A stretch of DNA of 64,000 nucleotides, from the NCBI RefSeq assembly GCF_018977255.1, contig NW_024704742.1, forward strand, positions 82,586,001-82,650,000, read 5' to 3'. The notes below the pieces were generated by a model. That model was not told the origin of the DNA. It saw nothing but the letters and a program-made list of their open reading frames with translations, and did not search any database. Of this stretch, positions 11,531 through 23,548 are shown one piece after another. A program made the translations under genes and the position numbers. The stretch comes from Callorhinchus milii. Taxonomy: Eukaryota. Every line of letters starts with the position of its first letter. Position 1 is the first letter of the stretch.

Positions 11531-12562
11531 GTGAGTAAGACACTACCCTGTTGAAGGGCGCAATATAAATCCAAATTGTTGTTGTTGTTATTCAACAGCT
11601 TGCATTGGTCCAGGCAATGTAAGAAAAGTAACACATTTCACCTTAATATGCAGGAATAACATATATTAATAGATATTTATAGTATTTATAATAGCACCTA
11701 CAGTCATCTTCCCTTTCTCTTCAGCTTGGCATCAAATAATGTCATTGTTCAGGACTCCGAGATGCTACTCCACATGCTATATATAAATGCAAGTTGCTGT
11801 TGTTATTTTTTTTAAATGCAACATTTTGTGCAAAGGAGATTGATAGCATTCAGAGGGATCTGAACAATTTATTTGCAACACACGAGTTGCCAAAAGTAGT
11901 CCACAAACAGGCATGAAGGTGAATAATCAATTTTTTATTGGGTCACCAGGAGACAGAATTTCTTTTGACCAGAGAAACGACAATTGAGATTATTATTAGT
12001 AATAGTATTATTATTTTAAATAGCGCCTTTCAAGTTGGAACAATATCTGAAAGCTCTTCACAGGGTATGCTGTAAAATGCAGTGACTGTGTTTTGTAGGC
12101 GAAATTTTCAACCAAAGTCATTAATTCCTTTAAAAAGAATTGGATATTTTCTTCCTCCTCCAAGCAATTGAATTGAAGGTTGCATCACATTGATGATGGA
12201 GGTTGCTGCAGTGCTGAGATCATGAAGGTAATTTACACCCTATGAATGTAGTTGGTTGTAATTGAATAGTGCAGGCTCCATGAGGTTTTACTGATGTCCT
12301 AAAAGTTTGCTTAATTACCTTTGGGATCAGGGAGAAATTCGACAGAACTTTATCTTCTCGGAGGTTTTGACTTGTGGTTCATGTCTTACAACTAGTGATT
12401 GAGTACCATAGGTGAAATCTGTGAATCAGCAATTGTAAATCGTCTCCAGAGCAAAGGCCACATCAACTGACACATCAGCATGTTCAGCATATCTTACATC
12501 CAAACCAGCCACCCTTTATACACCAGGGTTGGCCTCCAAAATGTACCCACACAGCATTGCAA

Positions 12563-12835
12563 GTACAATACAAATTACATTTATATATTGCCTTTCACAT
12601 TGGAGAGGAAGTTTGAAAGCACTTGACACTGTTGGCTGGGCACTTTAGCTTGCAGTCGAAGCTGATGGGGTGGAGAGGGAAACGTGACTAATGTGCAATC
12701 AAAGAGGTACATCTTGAGATGGGTCTTATACGAGGGGAGAGAGGAACGAATGTGTGGAATTGCATTCAGGAGTGTGGAGGTAGAACGGTCGAAAGCCTGC
12801 CCTTCAATGGAAGGGCAGATAAGGCAAGGGACACA
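12563..12835 (-). mobile_element. Old L2 3' fragment, (TTGTA)-type tail
   Basis: Minus ORF ...SIEGQAF...SLPSYKTHLKMYLFD; tail on + reads tacaatacaaattacatttata. Confidence 0.75.
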
Positions 12836-12964
12836 AAACAGGCCAGTGTTCACCAAGGGCATGCCTTCTGCAGGGAAAGTCTTGTATTCAGTCAACATTT
12901 TAACATGCAATAAACAGATTCTATGACCTTTTCTATGTATGGAATGGATTTCATGGGCTCAAAT

Positions 12965-13546
12965 GTCCTTCATTACCTCCAGGCTCGACTATGCAAACGC
13001 CCTGCTTGTCAGCCTTCCCAACTCCTCCCTCCACAAGCTGCAGATAATCCAGAACACTGCAGCCCGTGTCCTCTCCTGTACCAAACTCTGTAACCACATC
13101 TCCCCCATTCTCGCCTGACTCCACTGGCTCCCTATCCTTCAGAGGATCCAGTTCAAGATCCTGGTCCTCACCCACAAAGCGCTCCACAGCCTTGCCCCAC
13201 CCTACCTCTGCGACCTCCTCATCCCCTACCAACCTGCCCACTCCCTCCGCTCAGCCGGCTCTGGCCTGCTCCACGTCCCCCGACCCACCCGCCCCAATAT
13301 TGGTGGGAGAGCCTTCAGCTCTGGAAATCCATCCCCCAGTCACTCCACCTCGCCCCCTCCTTAGCCTTCTTCAAGTCCCGCCTCAAGACTCTCCTCTTCC
13401 AACATGCCATCAGCCACCCCCGTTCCCCTCCCCTCCCTTCTCCCCCCCTGACCCCAGCTTGGATCTGAAATGCTGTACACTGTCCAGCGCCTTGGGACGT
13501 CCACCCGACGTGAAAGGCGCTATACAAATGTAATCTTGTTGTTGTT
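12965..13546 (+). mobile_element. L2 3' fragment
   Basis: Collinear with 52855-53530; ends gcgccttgggacgtccacccgacgtgaaaggcgctatacaaatgtaatc(ttg)n. Confidence 0.93.
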
Positions 13547-13825
13547 CTCATTCCATACCCACACACATGTTCTTGTGTATTTCTTTAACTCAATTATCTT
13601 CCAAAACACAAAGAGTCTAATTATTGCAATATCATTGAATCTCTCAGGATCTGTTTATTAAAAATGGTAGAAAATGTTCTTCTTAATTCATGCAAGAGAT
13701 TGCTTATTACTGAGGAATTGGGTGTGTGGTATGGTTATGAGAGATGATTTGCCAACAGATGTCAGTTGACAAAGTCACAGGTAATTCCTACGGTTCACAG
13801 TGGATGTCTACCATAACCAGTAATA

Positions 13826-14280
13826 GGAACATAGGAATAGAAGTAGACCATTCAGTCCCTCGAGCCTGTTCTGACATTCTATTATATCATGGCTAATCTA
13901 TACCTCAACTCCAATTACCTAGCTTTGTTGCATAATCCCTTGATACCCTGACCTAACAAAAATCTTTCCAGATTATGACCCTTGTTTTGGATTCAATCAC
14001 AAGGGCAAACAGTTTATCTATATCTACCCTAACAAATCCCTTTGACATTTTAAACACCTCAATCTGATTACCCCACAACATTCTAAACCTAAGGAATGGA
14101 GACCAAGTTTATGCAATCTGTCCTCATTATTTAAACATTTAAGCCTCTGGTATGATTTTTGAGAACCTGTGTTGTACCCATTTTAGGCCCAATATAACTT
14201 TCCTGAGGTATGATAACCAAAACTGAACTTAGTACTTCAGGTGGGATCTAACCAAGGCTCTATACAACTGAAGCATCTGT
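13826..14280 (-). mobile_element. Old CR1 LINE 3' fragment
   Basis: aggaacataggaatagaagtagaccattcagtccctcgagcctg terminal motif, plus antisense RT C-terminal remnants. Confidence 0.75.
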
Positions 14281-14655
14281 ACATCAATTCCTTAGACTCT
14301 TGGAAGACAATTGAGTAAACAAATACACATTTAAGCTTTTCATTTATAATCTCTTTAGGTCAGAGCATATTCTTCAAGTTCTTTGTGTTATTTCAGCTGT
14401 AGTGAAACCTTATCTTTGGGTGAGAGGTTTCCATGGATAAAAATACATAAAATGGTTTGTAATGTTTTTCTCCTACGACCTTGTTTCACCCAAACTTTAT
14501 TTAAAGGAATCTTCATCAAACTGGTTTGTTGGTAAATATCACAGAATAATGTTGAATTTCAGATGTAAAGGTTGCATAAATCTAAACATTCATGACCAAA
14601 GCTCCTGTACTGGCCACAGAATAAATTTGTTTTGACAGTCAAGTCCATCCATTTC

Positions 14656-15100
14656 AACAACAACAACAACAACAACAAAATTTCATTTATAGAGTGCCTT
14701 TCACGTTGGGAGGACGTCTCAAGGCGCTGGACAGTTGGGTCGGGACCCGAGCAGGGGGGAAATGGTCAGGGTAAGGGGAGGGAAGGGAGGGAGCGAGGAG
14801 GGGGTAGAGAGTCGAGTGGGGAGCTGAAGGCTCGGTCAAAGAGAAAGGTCTTGAGACTGGCATTGAAGGAGGAAAGGGAGGAGGCGGCGAAGGCACTGGG
14901 GGATGGAGTTCCAGAGCCTAGGGGCTGAGAGGCTGAAGGCCCGGCCACCGATGGTAGGGCGGTTGGGGCGGGGGATGTGGAGCAGACCGGAGCCAGAGGA
15001 ACGGAGGGTACGGGCAGGTAAGTAGGGGGATAGTAGGTCGGAGAGGTAGGAGGGAGCAAGGCCGTGAATGGCCTTGTAGGTGAGGATGAGGATCCTGAAT
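14656..15100 (-). mobile_element. Young L2 3' fragment, very similar to the intact element
   Basis: Minus translation [36 protein letters not shown] is nearly identical to the ORF C-terminus; (CAA)n tail. Confidence 0.95.
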
Positions 15101-15274
15101 TCGTCTCTGGTTTAGAGTTTATTCTATGTGATGATCTTTGTGCCTGGGCGTTTCTTTTAATATTTGCTTTACGACAGCAGCAGAAACTGATCTGGCTGAA
15201 ATTCCACAATTAAAATAACAATATATAATCCTTACATGAACTCACACAGTGTAAATTGGCACTCCAATGCAGTT

Positions 15275-15944
15275 CTGTAGGTGTGCTGCATTGGCGGTAC
15301 TGTCTGTTAAAATTATTAATCCAAGGTCGCATCTGCCTGTTCAGGTGGATGTCAAAGATCTCATGGCACACTCCAGGAGTGGAGTCCTGAGCTTAGTGGT
15401 TAGAGCACTCCCCTCACAAACGAGAGGACCTGGGTTCGAATTCTGGGCAAGGCAAAACATTGGGCAAGTTTCCTTACTCCACACACCTCTGTTTATCTAG
15501 CAACAGGCAGGAATCCAGTTGTTAGTCAATTGGCGGATCGCTTTTCCGGGGGGTAATAATTTCCTAATAACATTTGGTCACTTAATTCACGACTGTTTGT
15601 GGGACACTGCTTTGTGCAATTGGCTCCCGCATTTCACCCATATTCTGTGAAGCACTTTGAGACATCTAGAAGACATGAAAAGGCACTATTTAGGCGGATT
15701 ATTATGAAACTCAAAAAGATAAGGGAGCTTCTCCCAGTGTCCTGGCCAACAATCCCCCAATCAAATTAGTCACTCACTCTATGGCAGTTTGGGAGATATT
15801 CCTCTATGCAATCAGGCTACTTTGTTCCTCTGTGCAATTGGCCCTCAAATACACAATCAATCTATTTCACAGTAAATCCTGTGAAACGTTTTGGGACATC
15901 TCCTATCATGAAAGGTGCTCTACCAACTGCAAGGATTATTATTA
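15275..15944 (+). mobile_element. Family B SINE with a family A SINE (15379-15705) inserted in it
   Basis: The Deu core ...gatctcatggcac breaks at ~15375. A complete gtggagtcct-headed SINE follows, and the host resumes at ~15712 (aaaagataagggagcttctcccagtgtcctggcc). Confidence 0.8.
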
Positions 15945-16002
15945 TGTTACAGGACATTTTGGGTTAGGAGGATGTCACAAAGCACTTCACAGGATATACT
16001 GT

Positions 16003-16337
16003 AATAATAATAATAATCCTTGGATTTGATATAGTGCCTTATTACACTTTGAGGGGTCTCAAAGTGTTTCACAGGATACACTGTAAAGTCTGTGGGCTAA
16101 ATGCAGCAGCCAATTGCACACAGCAGTGACCCATAAACAGTCATGGATTGAGTGACCAAATTATTATTATTATTTATTTTTTGGATGGATTATTAACCCC
16201 GGAAAAGGAATCCGACATTCGACTAACAAGCGGATTCCTAATTACTGCTTGGTAAATAGAGGCATGTGTGTGGAGTAAGGAAACTTGCCTAACGTTTCAC
16301 CCTGACCCGACCCGCCCGGGAATTAAGCTACAGGACT
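16003..16337 (-). mobile_element. Family A SINE, older long subfamily
   Basis: Reverse complement of tail, body and head (gctacaggactgcac at ~16328-16341; head partly deleted). Confidence 0.8.
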
Positions 16338-16796
16338 GCACATTGATTAACTGGACTGAACCTACCTCAGAGTGGGGAGAGAGAGAGAGAAACAAGATGC
16401 AGAGGTGGAAGGTGTTTAGACATGGCTGTTTCTGGTGACTAAATGTGAATTTGAAGTGATGCAGTTTCACAGCTGAGAACAACAACAAAATTAAATTTGT
16501 ATAGCACCTTTGGGAGGACGTCCCAAGGCAAAGTGAACCCCAGCCTCTAAGGAGCGATAATGTAAATTGTAGTGACTGTGTATTTTGAAGGCAAAATAAT
16601 ATACTTTCATTATTCCTGAACACAGTAGGAACACTTCTCAGGTTAAAATGTCAAATAACATTGTAATGTTTGTTCAGTGTTGCTGACTTAATCTGATGGT
16701 CTCTGCCAGTGGTGTTAGGTAGGTCTCTGTTATTGACTCTCTTTGCTGATGCATGTTACATTTGCAGGTAGTTGTCAATGTTTTTAGATTGAAAGA

Positions 16797-17200
16797 ATAA
16801 ACAAATTGTATTTGTCAAAACATCTCAAAATACTTTACAGGCATTTGGAGTCAAGGGCAATGACTATTTTTGTTAGCAAATGTGGCAAGCATTTTGCATG
16901 CAGCAAGATTTCACAACCAGCCATAAGGGGAATAACCAATTTATCTGGAGGATTGTTGATCAGCACATTTGGAGAAAAAAAACCTTTGCTTTTGAAATGG
17001 GGTTATGGGTTAGGTATTGTCTACCTGAAGAACTGTAGGATGAGAGCTCAGTTTAACATCTGATCTAAACGTTGGCACCTCCGAAAATGCAGTGCTACCT
17101 CAGTACGGCACTAGAATGTCAGCCTGGAAAGTGAGCAAAAGTCCTAAATTTGATACAACCTTCTGACCCCAAGACAAACATGCCACCAAGTGAGCAAAGC
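16797..17200 (-). mobile_element. Diverged family B SINE
   Basis: Antisense Deu core (cagtttaacatctgatctaaac..ggcacctcc) and head remnants. Confidence 0.65.
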
Positions 17201-18332
17201 TAGCTGCAGAAAAACAACCTGCCTCAACATGGTTGAATGCAAATTATCTGCACAACATGCACATACAATCTCGTCTTTCTAAACCATTGTAAAACTGATG
17301 TTTTTTTCCATTCAGAGTTTAGCTGGTTATTAATCAGTGTCTTTGTTTTAGTGCTCCATGATTTATTATTAATTCAATGATCCATGGGAGTATTTGGGTT
17401 AAGTTTTTTTAAAAATAGTGTTTCCTCGGCACATTATTAGCTAAACAGGTCAATAAACTGTACTCTTTGATCATACATCTTCCACAGAGAAAGTTGAGAG
17501 AGCATGGTGTGTGCTGAATAGTTTCTTCCAAAGATCGCGGTAGGATTCACAACCGCTTGATTTTGTAAAATGTAAGACAGATTTGGGTCGAGCACTACTT
17601 TGTTCAAGTGTGGATGGACTTATGCCTCAATATTCATTGGAAAAACTAATATTAGTAATTTGCTTAATTATTTATTCATACGGGAAGAATACCTAAGGCA
17701 ATTCAATTTCCAGGCAAACTTTATCTCAGTATTAGGTTACTGTACAAACCTCTGCTGCACCATTGCAGTCAGCCGGTTGCCAAGTCATGTAAAACCCCTC
17801 TTCAGAAAAAGACTGTAAGATGCCTCTGGGCTAATCTGAAATCAGTTCTTAATGCAGACATATGTCAAGCAGCAACTTGGAGCAAAGTGCATATAATTTA
17901 TGAAGTATTATTGAGTCAATCAAGCAAAGGCATTTTTTTTTGGTAGGCCTATTTTATCCTGTTCATACCACCTGAGTCTACTGAACTTGTTCAACTGAGT
18001 TTTCACTTCTCATGCTTTACGGCTATGGCCAACCTCCAATAATTTTAATTGCTTTGATATGCACTCCTAAGGGTATCTGCAGCTAAAGTCAAAACAGAAG
18101 TCTTCTTTCCATCTGAACCATGCCTTACCTTCTTGAGCGGAATTTGTTTTGCATTTATGCCACTGAATAGAAGGCTTGCTGTTGTGGAATGAATTACATT
18201 TAGTCAGCTATATTTTAACTTTGCAGATTGGTGCACAGGTTTGATTGTAGAACAAATTGCCCACAATCCGAGGCCATGTGCTGAAAGGCTCCAGCTTGAA
18301 GTACCTTTGCAATGATGCTGTTAATATGACAA

Positions 18333-18778
18333 GGTGTCAGCCTGGCCCAGTTGGTAATAATCTCACTTCTGAGTGAGAAATTTGAGGATTCAGACCCCAT
18401 GTTGGGACTTTGAACTCATATTGTGTATACTGACATGAGCAACATTGGGGGAGTGCTAGTTTCTTGGAGGTGTCATCCTTTGGATGAGGTATTAAACCGA
18501 GGTCCCATCTGCCAGTTCAGATGGATGTTAAAGATTCCATGGCTCTATTCAAAAGGAGAAGGGCATTTCTCCTTAAGTCCTGGCTAACAGTCCCCAAATA
18601 AAATTGGTAATTCATTTTGTGGCTGTTTGTACGACATTGTTGTGTGCAAATTGGCTGTTACGTTCACTTATACTATAAATAGAATCATAGCGTATCACAG
18701 TTAAAAAAATTGTGAAAACCTTTGAGGTGTCTCAATAACATGACAAGTCATTTTATCAACTGCAGAACTATTATTAAT
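18333..18778 (+). mobile_element. Full-length family B SINE (Deu-domain; resembles SacSINE1/AmnSINE1)
   Basis: ggtgtcagcctggcccagttggta tRNA-like head; ggaggtgtcatcctttggatgag..ttaaaccgaggtcccatctgcc.gttcag.tggatgttaaagat core resembles the recalled Deu-domain consensus; L2-type tail. Confidence 0.8.
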
Positions 18779-19727
18779 AGCATTTTCCATTGTTAGAGGA
18801 GTCTCACTGAAAAAGTGAGGTAATTCCAATTATCTTCTGAAATGCAGAGTTGAAAACCAGGAGAATAGTTTTGTTCTTGTGGCTAAAAGTAGTTCATAAA
18901 CAGTACAAAGTCTGAGGCATTAATAGCTTTGTTTGTCACAAACAAGACCAGAGGGTGATGATGAGATATGTTTCAGTGTCTTTACACTAAGGAAAGCTAA
19001 TTTAAGACGCATATTCTTTGTGTCTTGCTTTCTGATGAACAAAGCAAATGGAGCATATCAGACTCGAACAGTCACTTGACTTTAGAGATGAGCTCTGAAT
19101 AAAGACATTGTCATCACATGGAGGAGGGTGAGTGGGAGGGGTGGGGTGGTGGTTGCAACTTGTGATGTTGTGGAGTCCTGTAGCTTAGTGGTTAAGTAAA
19201 AGGAAAGTGCATGGGAAAAGCTATGCCAGGAATGTGAGACAACTGATTGAAAAGTACCTTTTCAAGTACCGATCCAATTCCGTTTTGAAACCTACTATCG
19301 AATGTGCTTCCACCACCCTTTCAGGCAGTGCATTCCAACTCTCTGGGTAATAAAAATTCTTGTCTCCCCTTTGGTTCTTTTGCCAATCATCTTAAACCTG
19401 TTACCATCCCCCCACCTTATCCCTTCTTTGCCCGTCTTCAGATCTGTCACATTTGTCAATGTTCAGTCCTCCCTACCCCCCACCCCTCTGTACTTCTAAA
19501 CTTATACAAAGACTGGCTATGTGGGCGAGTGCAATCTGAAGGCAACCAGTACCAATCCAACCATGTCTCACCATAACTATTCACAAAGAGACAGCTTGGA
19601 GGTGCACAGAGGTGTTGAAAGGGTGGAGCAAAAGGACAGCCTTGCCCATTAAGTCTATTGACCACTCTGTAATCATTGAGTATCAGCTGACGCAGGTCTC
19701 TCCATGATGAATTGCTTTCCTTTTCCT

Positions 19728-20128
19728 ACAACAACAACTTGCATTTATATAGCACCCCTCATGCAGGGAAGGGTCCCAGAGTACCATTTGCTTTTCCTAA
19801 TCATGTGGAGGAGATTGACTGAGGAGGATAAGTCGGTGAGGGAGGTAGCCCAGAGGGGGGGGAGTTCAGATGACTCCAGGGTAGCAGAGAGGAAGTGGGG
19901 GGAGATATTTTTCCAGGGGCGGTAGGAGATGGAGGTGGATTGGGTGGTGGGGAGAATGATTGAGGAGCTAAGGGATATGAAGTAATGGTTCAAGAAGCTT
20001 TGTCGGTGATGGTGAGGACCAAGATGCTGAGGCCCCAGGTAATCACCAGGTCAAACCGGTGGTCATATCCATGGCTAGCAGAATGGATATGGAGGGAGAA
20101 GTTATGAGAAGAGAGGAGGGAGAAGTCA
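19728..20128 (-). mobile_element. L2 fragment with endonuclease/linker region directly joined to a 3' tail
   Basis: Minus ORF HYFISLSSS..ISYRPWKNISPHFLSATLESSEL matches [32 protein letters not shown] of the intact ORF; (CAA)n tail at 19728. Confidence 0.8.
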
Positions 20129-20159
20129 ATCTTGTTGTCCAAAGCACTGGGCCGTAAAA

Positions 20160-20425
20160 TGTAAAGTTGCAGGTCTAAAGAGGTTTGGGAATAATTTCTT
20201 CACGGAAAGTAGGTGAGAATATGGACCTCACTGCCCAGAAGCATTGGTTGAAATAGAAACCGTCTATTTATTTAAGAGGAAACTTGATGTCTACATGAGG
20301 GAGAAGGATATAGGAGAGAGGATTTGGGGATTAGAGGCTTGAGTGGAGTTTAAACACTGGCACAGACTAGTAGGGCTGAATAAAATGTTTCCGTACTGTA
20401 GTGCTTTATGTAATTCTATGTAATT
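20160..20425 (+). mobile_element. CR1 3' fragment
   Basis: tttcttcacggaaag..ggtgagaatatggacctcactgcc... ending in taattctatgtaatt. Confidence 0.7.
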
Positions 20426-22391
20426 ATTTAATCCTTGTTGTTCACATTGGAAATTATACATGCTGCAATTTTGAAACTTAGGTTCACAGAAACATCAGTG
20501 TACTTAATTTAAGAAAAAAACAGGAGATCATCCTTATGCAGCTGAACAAATACTTTATCTGTGTCATGGGTGGGGGGGTGAGGTTAAAAAAAAGAAAAGA
20601 TCAGCATTTTGGAGGATGCCAATTAATCGTATCTTGAAGGTTTAATGAAAGTTGAGCATTTTAATTCTCATTAAGCGAAGTGTGAGATGGGAATCTGTCT
20701 TGGAATAGACAGCTCGGAGAATGATGTTGGCGAGCTGCTCACACTCAATCGAAACCGCCTGAAACTAACAAATGGGCAGCGAAGACCTTGGCTGTTAGTG
20801 ATGGTACCAGCAGAAATGGGGTGTGAATAGAGGTCAAGTGAATGAATGGGTTCGCCCATTGAAATCTTTTATTCTTACTGTTGGATTTCCGAGCAAGCTG
20901 CGTGATGGAACTGCCAGTCAAAGCTCGGCTATAATAGACCCCATGTTGCAGTGCAGCTGCTCCTCCTTGCCAAAACCATTCACATAAATGAAAGACAAGA
21001 ACATTAATGGAAAATCAATTGTAATTTTTCCTGTTTGGTTCTATTCCAGAGCAATGAAAAATCAGACAGAAGGTGAAAGAGGAGGAGAAGCTTGGGATGC
21101 CTTGGCTCACACAGTTAATTTTAAATGCTTTTGACCATTAATTCTGTCACCTGAATATCATCACTGTAATGCTAAAAGCTCTGCTCGGAGCAGGGAACAG
21201 GATATTCCCTAATGGGAGAGGGGTTTGATGGGTGAGCCTTAGGCAGAGCAATGATCTAAACCTGAAGATTGATCTGCAGCTCAGGGCTTATGGTGTTTTG
21301 ACATTTTACAACTCCTTTAGGTATTTGGGTAGATATAGAAAAATTTGGGCTTCACTCAAAGAGGTTGTAACCAAGCCCTGATTGTTGCAATACAAGAAAT
21401 TGTAATACAAATTTACATTTATATGGTATGTTGCATACCTAGAGGACATCCCAAGTACTTACAGTCCTGCCAAGTTTAAAGTGGGAGCTAAATGGGGTTG
21501 GGAGGGGAAAGTTGACTGAAGGCATGGTCGAAGAGGATGGTCTTGAGACAGTCCTTGAAATAGGTGAGGAATGGATGGGTCAGAAGGACTCCAGCTGCTG
21601 TTGTGGAGATTGGGAGATTTGAGTGTTTTCCCATTTCTTGGATTAGTGGAGGGCGGTACTTATTCTGAAGGAAGCAATGCCCAGAATGTCTAATGGAACA
21701 TGCCCATATGACCATCGGATTAATTTGTTTCTGCAGCATTAATTATTCTGTAATATTGTAGAATGTTCCCTGTTTTCTTTAACAGATACATAAATCTTTT
21801 TCACTCTTTGTACTGGTTGTACAGTGCTCGGTTTCCTTTTGGATGTCAATGTCTCCTAGTGATCTTGGAAAGTCCAGCTTTAAACTGTTGTGGCAACACG
21901 CAGGTTAGTTATAGGGTAGAAACTAATGGGAAATAATGAAATTGGGATTGGATCAGATTACAGTAGAAATCAAAATATAGTATTTGCACACAAGGAGTCA
22001 CTTCACTGATACTGTGTCTAAAAACAAAGGTTTTGTTACAAAATGTACTCAACAAATTGAGAAAAATTGCCGTAACAAAGGAATGGCAAAGGTCCCTTTT
22101 CCCTATCCCCAAAATGGACTTTCTCGATCAACAAACAACTCAAATCCCAATAACACCACCAAAATCACAAATCAGACCTCGCTATAAGCCACTTTCCATT
22201 AGTGAACATCTCTTCATCTCTTTAATTGTTTAGTGACCACATGCTCCAGGTCCATCCTAAACTACGACTAACAGTCCTTGAGTTCACGTCCCATTTGGTA
22301 CTGCAGGTTTTTCTGACCACCTCCAAATCTTGTTGCCAGCTGGGATTACTTTAAATTACAATTTATTTATTTTTAAAAACATAATATCTTT

Positions 22392-22608
22392 TGAGGTGGG
22401 TGCTAAAGATTTCATTATTTGAAAAGAGAAGGGAGTTCTTCCCTGTGTCCTGACCAACAATCCTCCAAATAAAATTATTCATTCAAATTGGCTGCTGTGT
22501 TTAGCTAGAAATTACACAGTCACTACACTTTACAGTAAATCCTGTGAAACATTTAGAGGCGTTCTCCCAACATGAATGGTGCTATATCAAACATAAAGAT
22601 TATTATTG
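22392..22608 (+). mobile_element. Family B SINE 3' part
   Basis: ttatttgaaaagagaagggagtt...tgtcctgaccaacaatcctcc... through to the tail. Confidence 0.7.
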
Positions 22609-23186
22609 TAGTTTGTTTAACTTCCACTGAAATGGCTGAAACAACCCTGTGCACCACTTTGTATAACATACTCTTTTCCTGCTACCTCGCTGCAATTGCT
22701 TTAAAGATCTTGACAAGCACATTGTTGAGAGATCCTTTCAGAAAATAGTGGAGAACACATAGAAATATCAATTTAAAATCTGGTATGAATATTCAACCCT
22801 CTTTTCTTTCTTGAGATGTGTGTGTGAGGGGGTATAAATGCAGGCAATTTAAGGCACTTTAAAAGAAGCTTACAACCTCCATTTTAAAAAAATATGTTTT
22901 TTGTGCGTTTAGAGATCTCATGTCATAACCAGGTGCACCTGGTTAGCAGATTGGGAGAGAATCGTACCATGCAGAGAGTAGACTGCTATGCCCATCACAA
23001 AGACTAATAGCAGGTGTAATATCTATTGTCTGTAAGTGACTGTTATTTAGCAGGTGGTGAACCATTGGAAAAAAATGTCCTTATGATTTATATGCCAATC
23101 TGACATCAAAAACATTAAACAAAAAGTGAAAGTGTCTCAGTTCTGAAGCATCAGTTACCATGGTGTGCACAGGCTACATAATAAAT

Positions 23187-23548
23187 ATAATAATAAAATT
23201 TACAATTTGATATAGTGCCCTATCTCGTCGCCAAGATGTCTCAAAACACTTCACAGGCTATATTATAAAATGCAGTCACTGTGTATTTTGTGGCTGAACA
23301 CAGCAACCAATTTGGACATAGCAATGTCCCACAAACAGCTATTGAGTGAGTGACTCATTTTACTTTGGGGATTGTTGGCCCACATCACCGGAAGAATTTC
23401 CTTCTCTTTCCGAATAGGGCCATGTGATCTTTAGTGCCCACCTGAACAGGCAGACGGGAACTCAGTTTAACCTCTCATCTAAACGAACGGTAGCTCCAAC
23501 AATACAGTGCTCCCCTAACACTGTATTGGAGTGTCAGACAAGACTATG
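23187..23548 (-). mobile_element. Family B SINE
   Basis: Antisense tail, Deu core (cacctgaacaggcagacggg) and ggagtgtcag. Confidence 0.8.
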
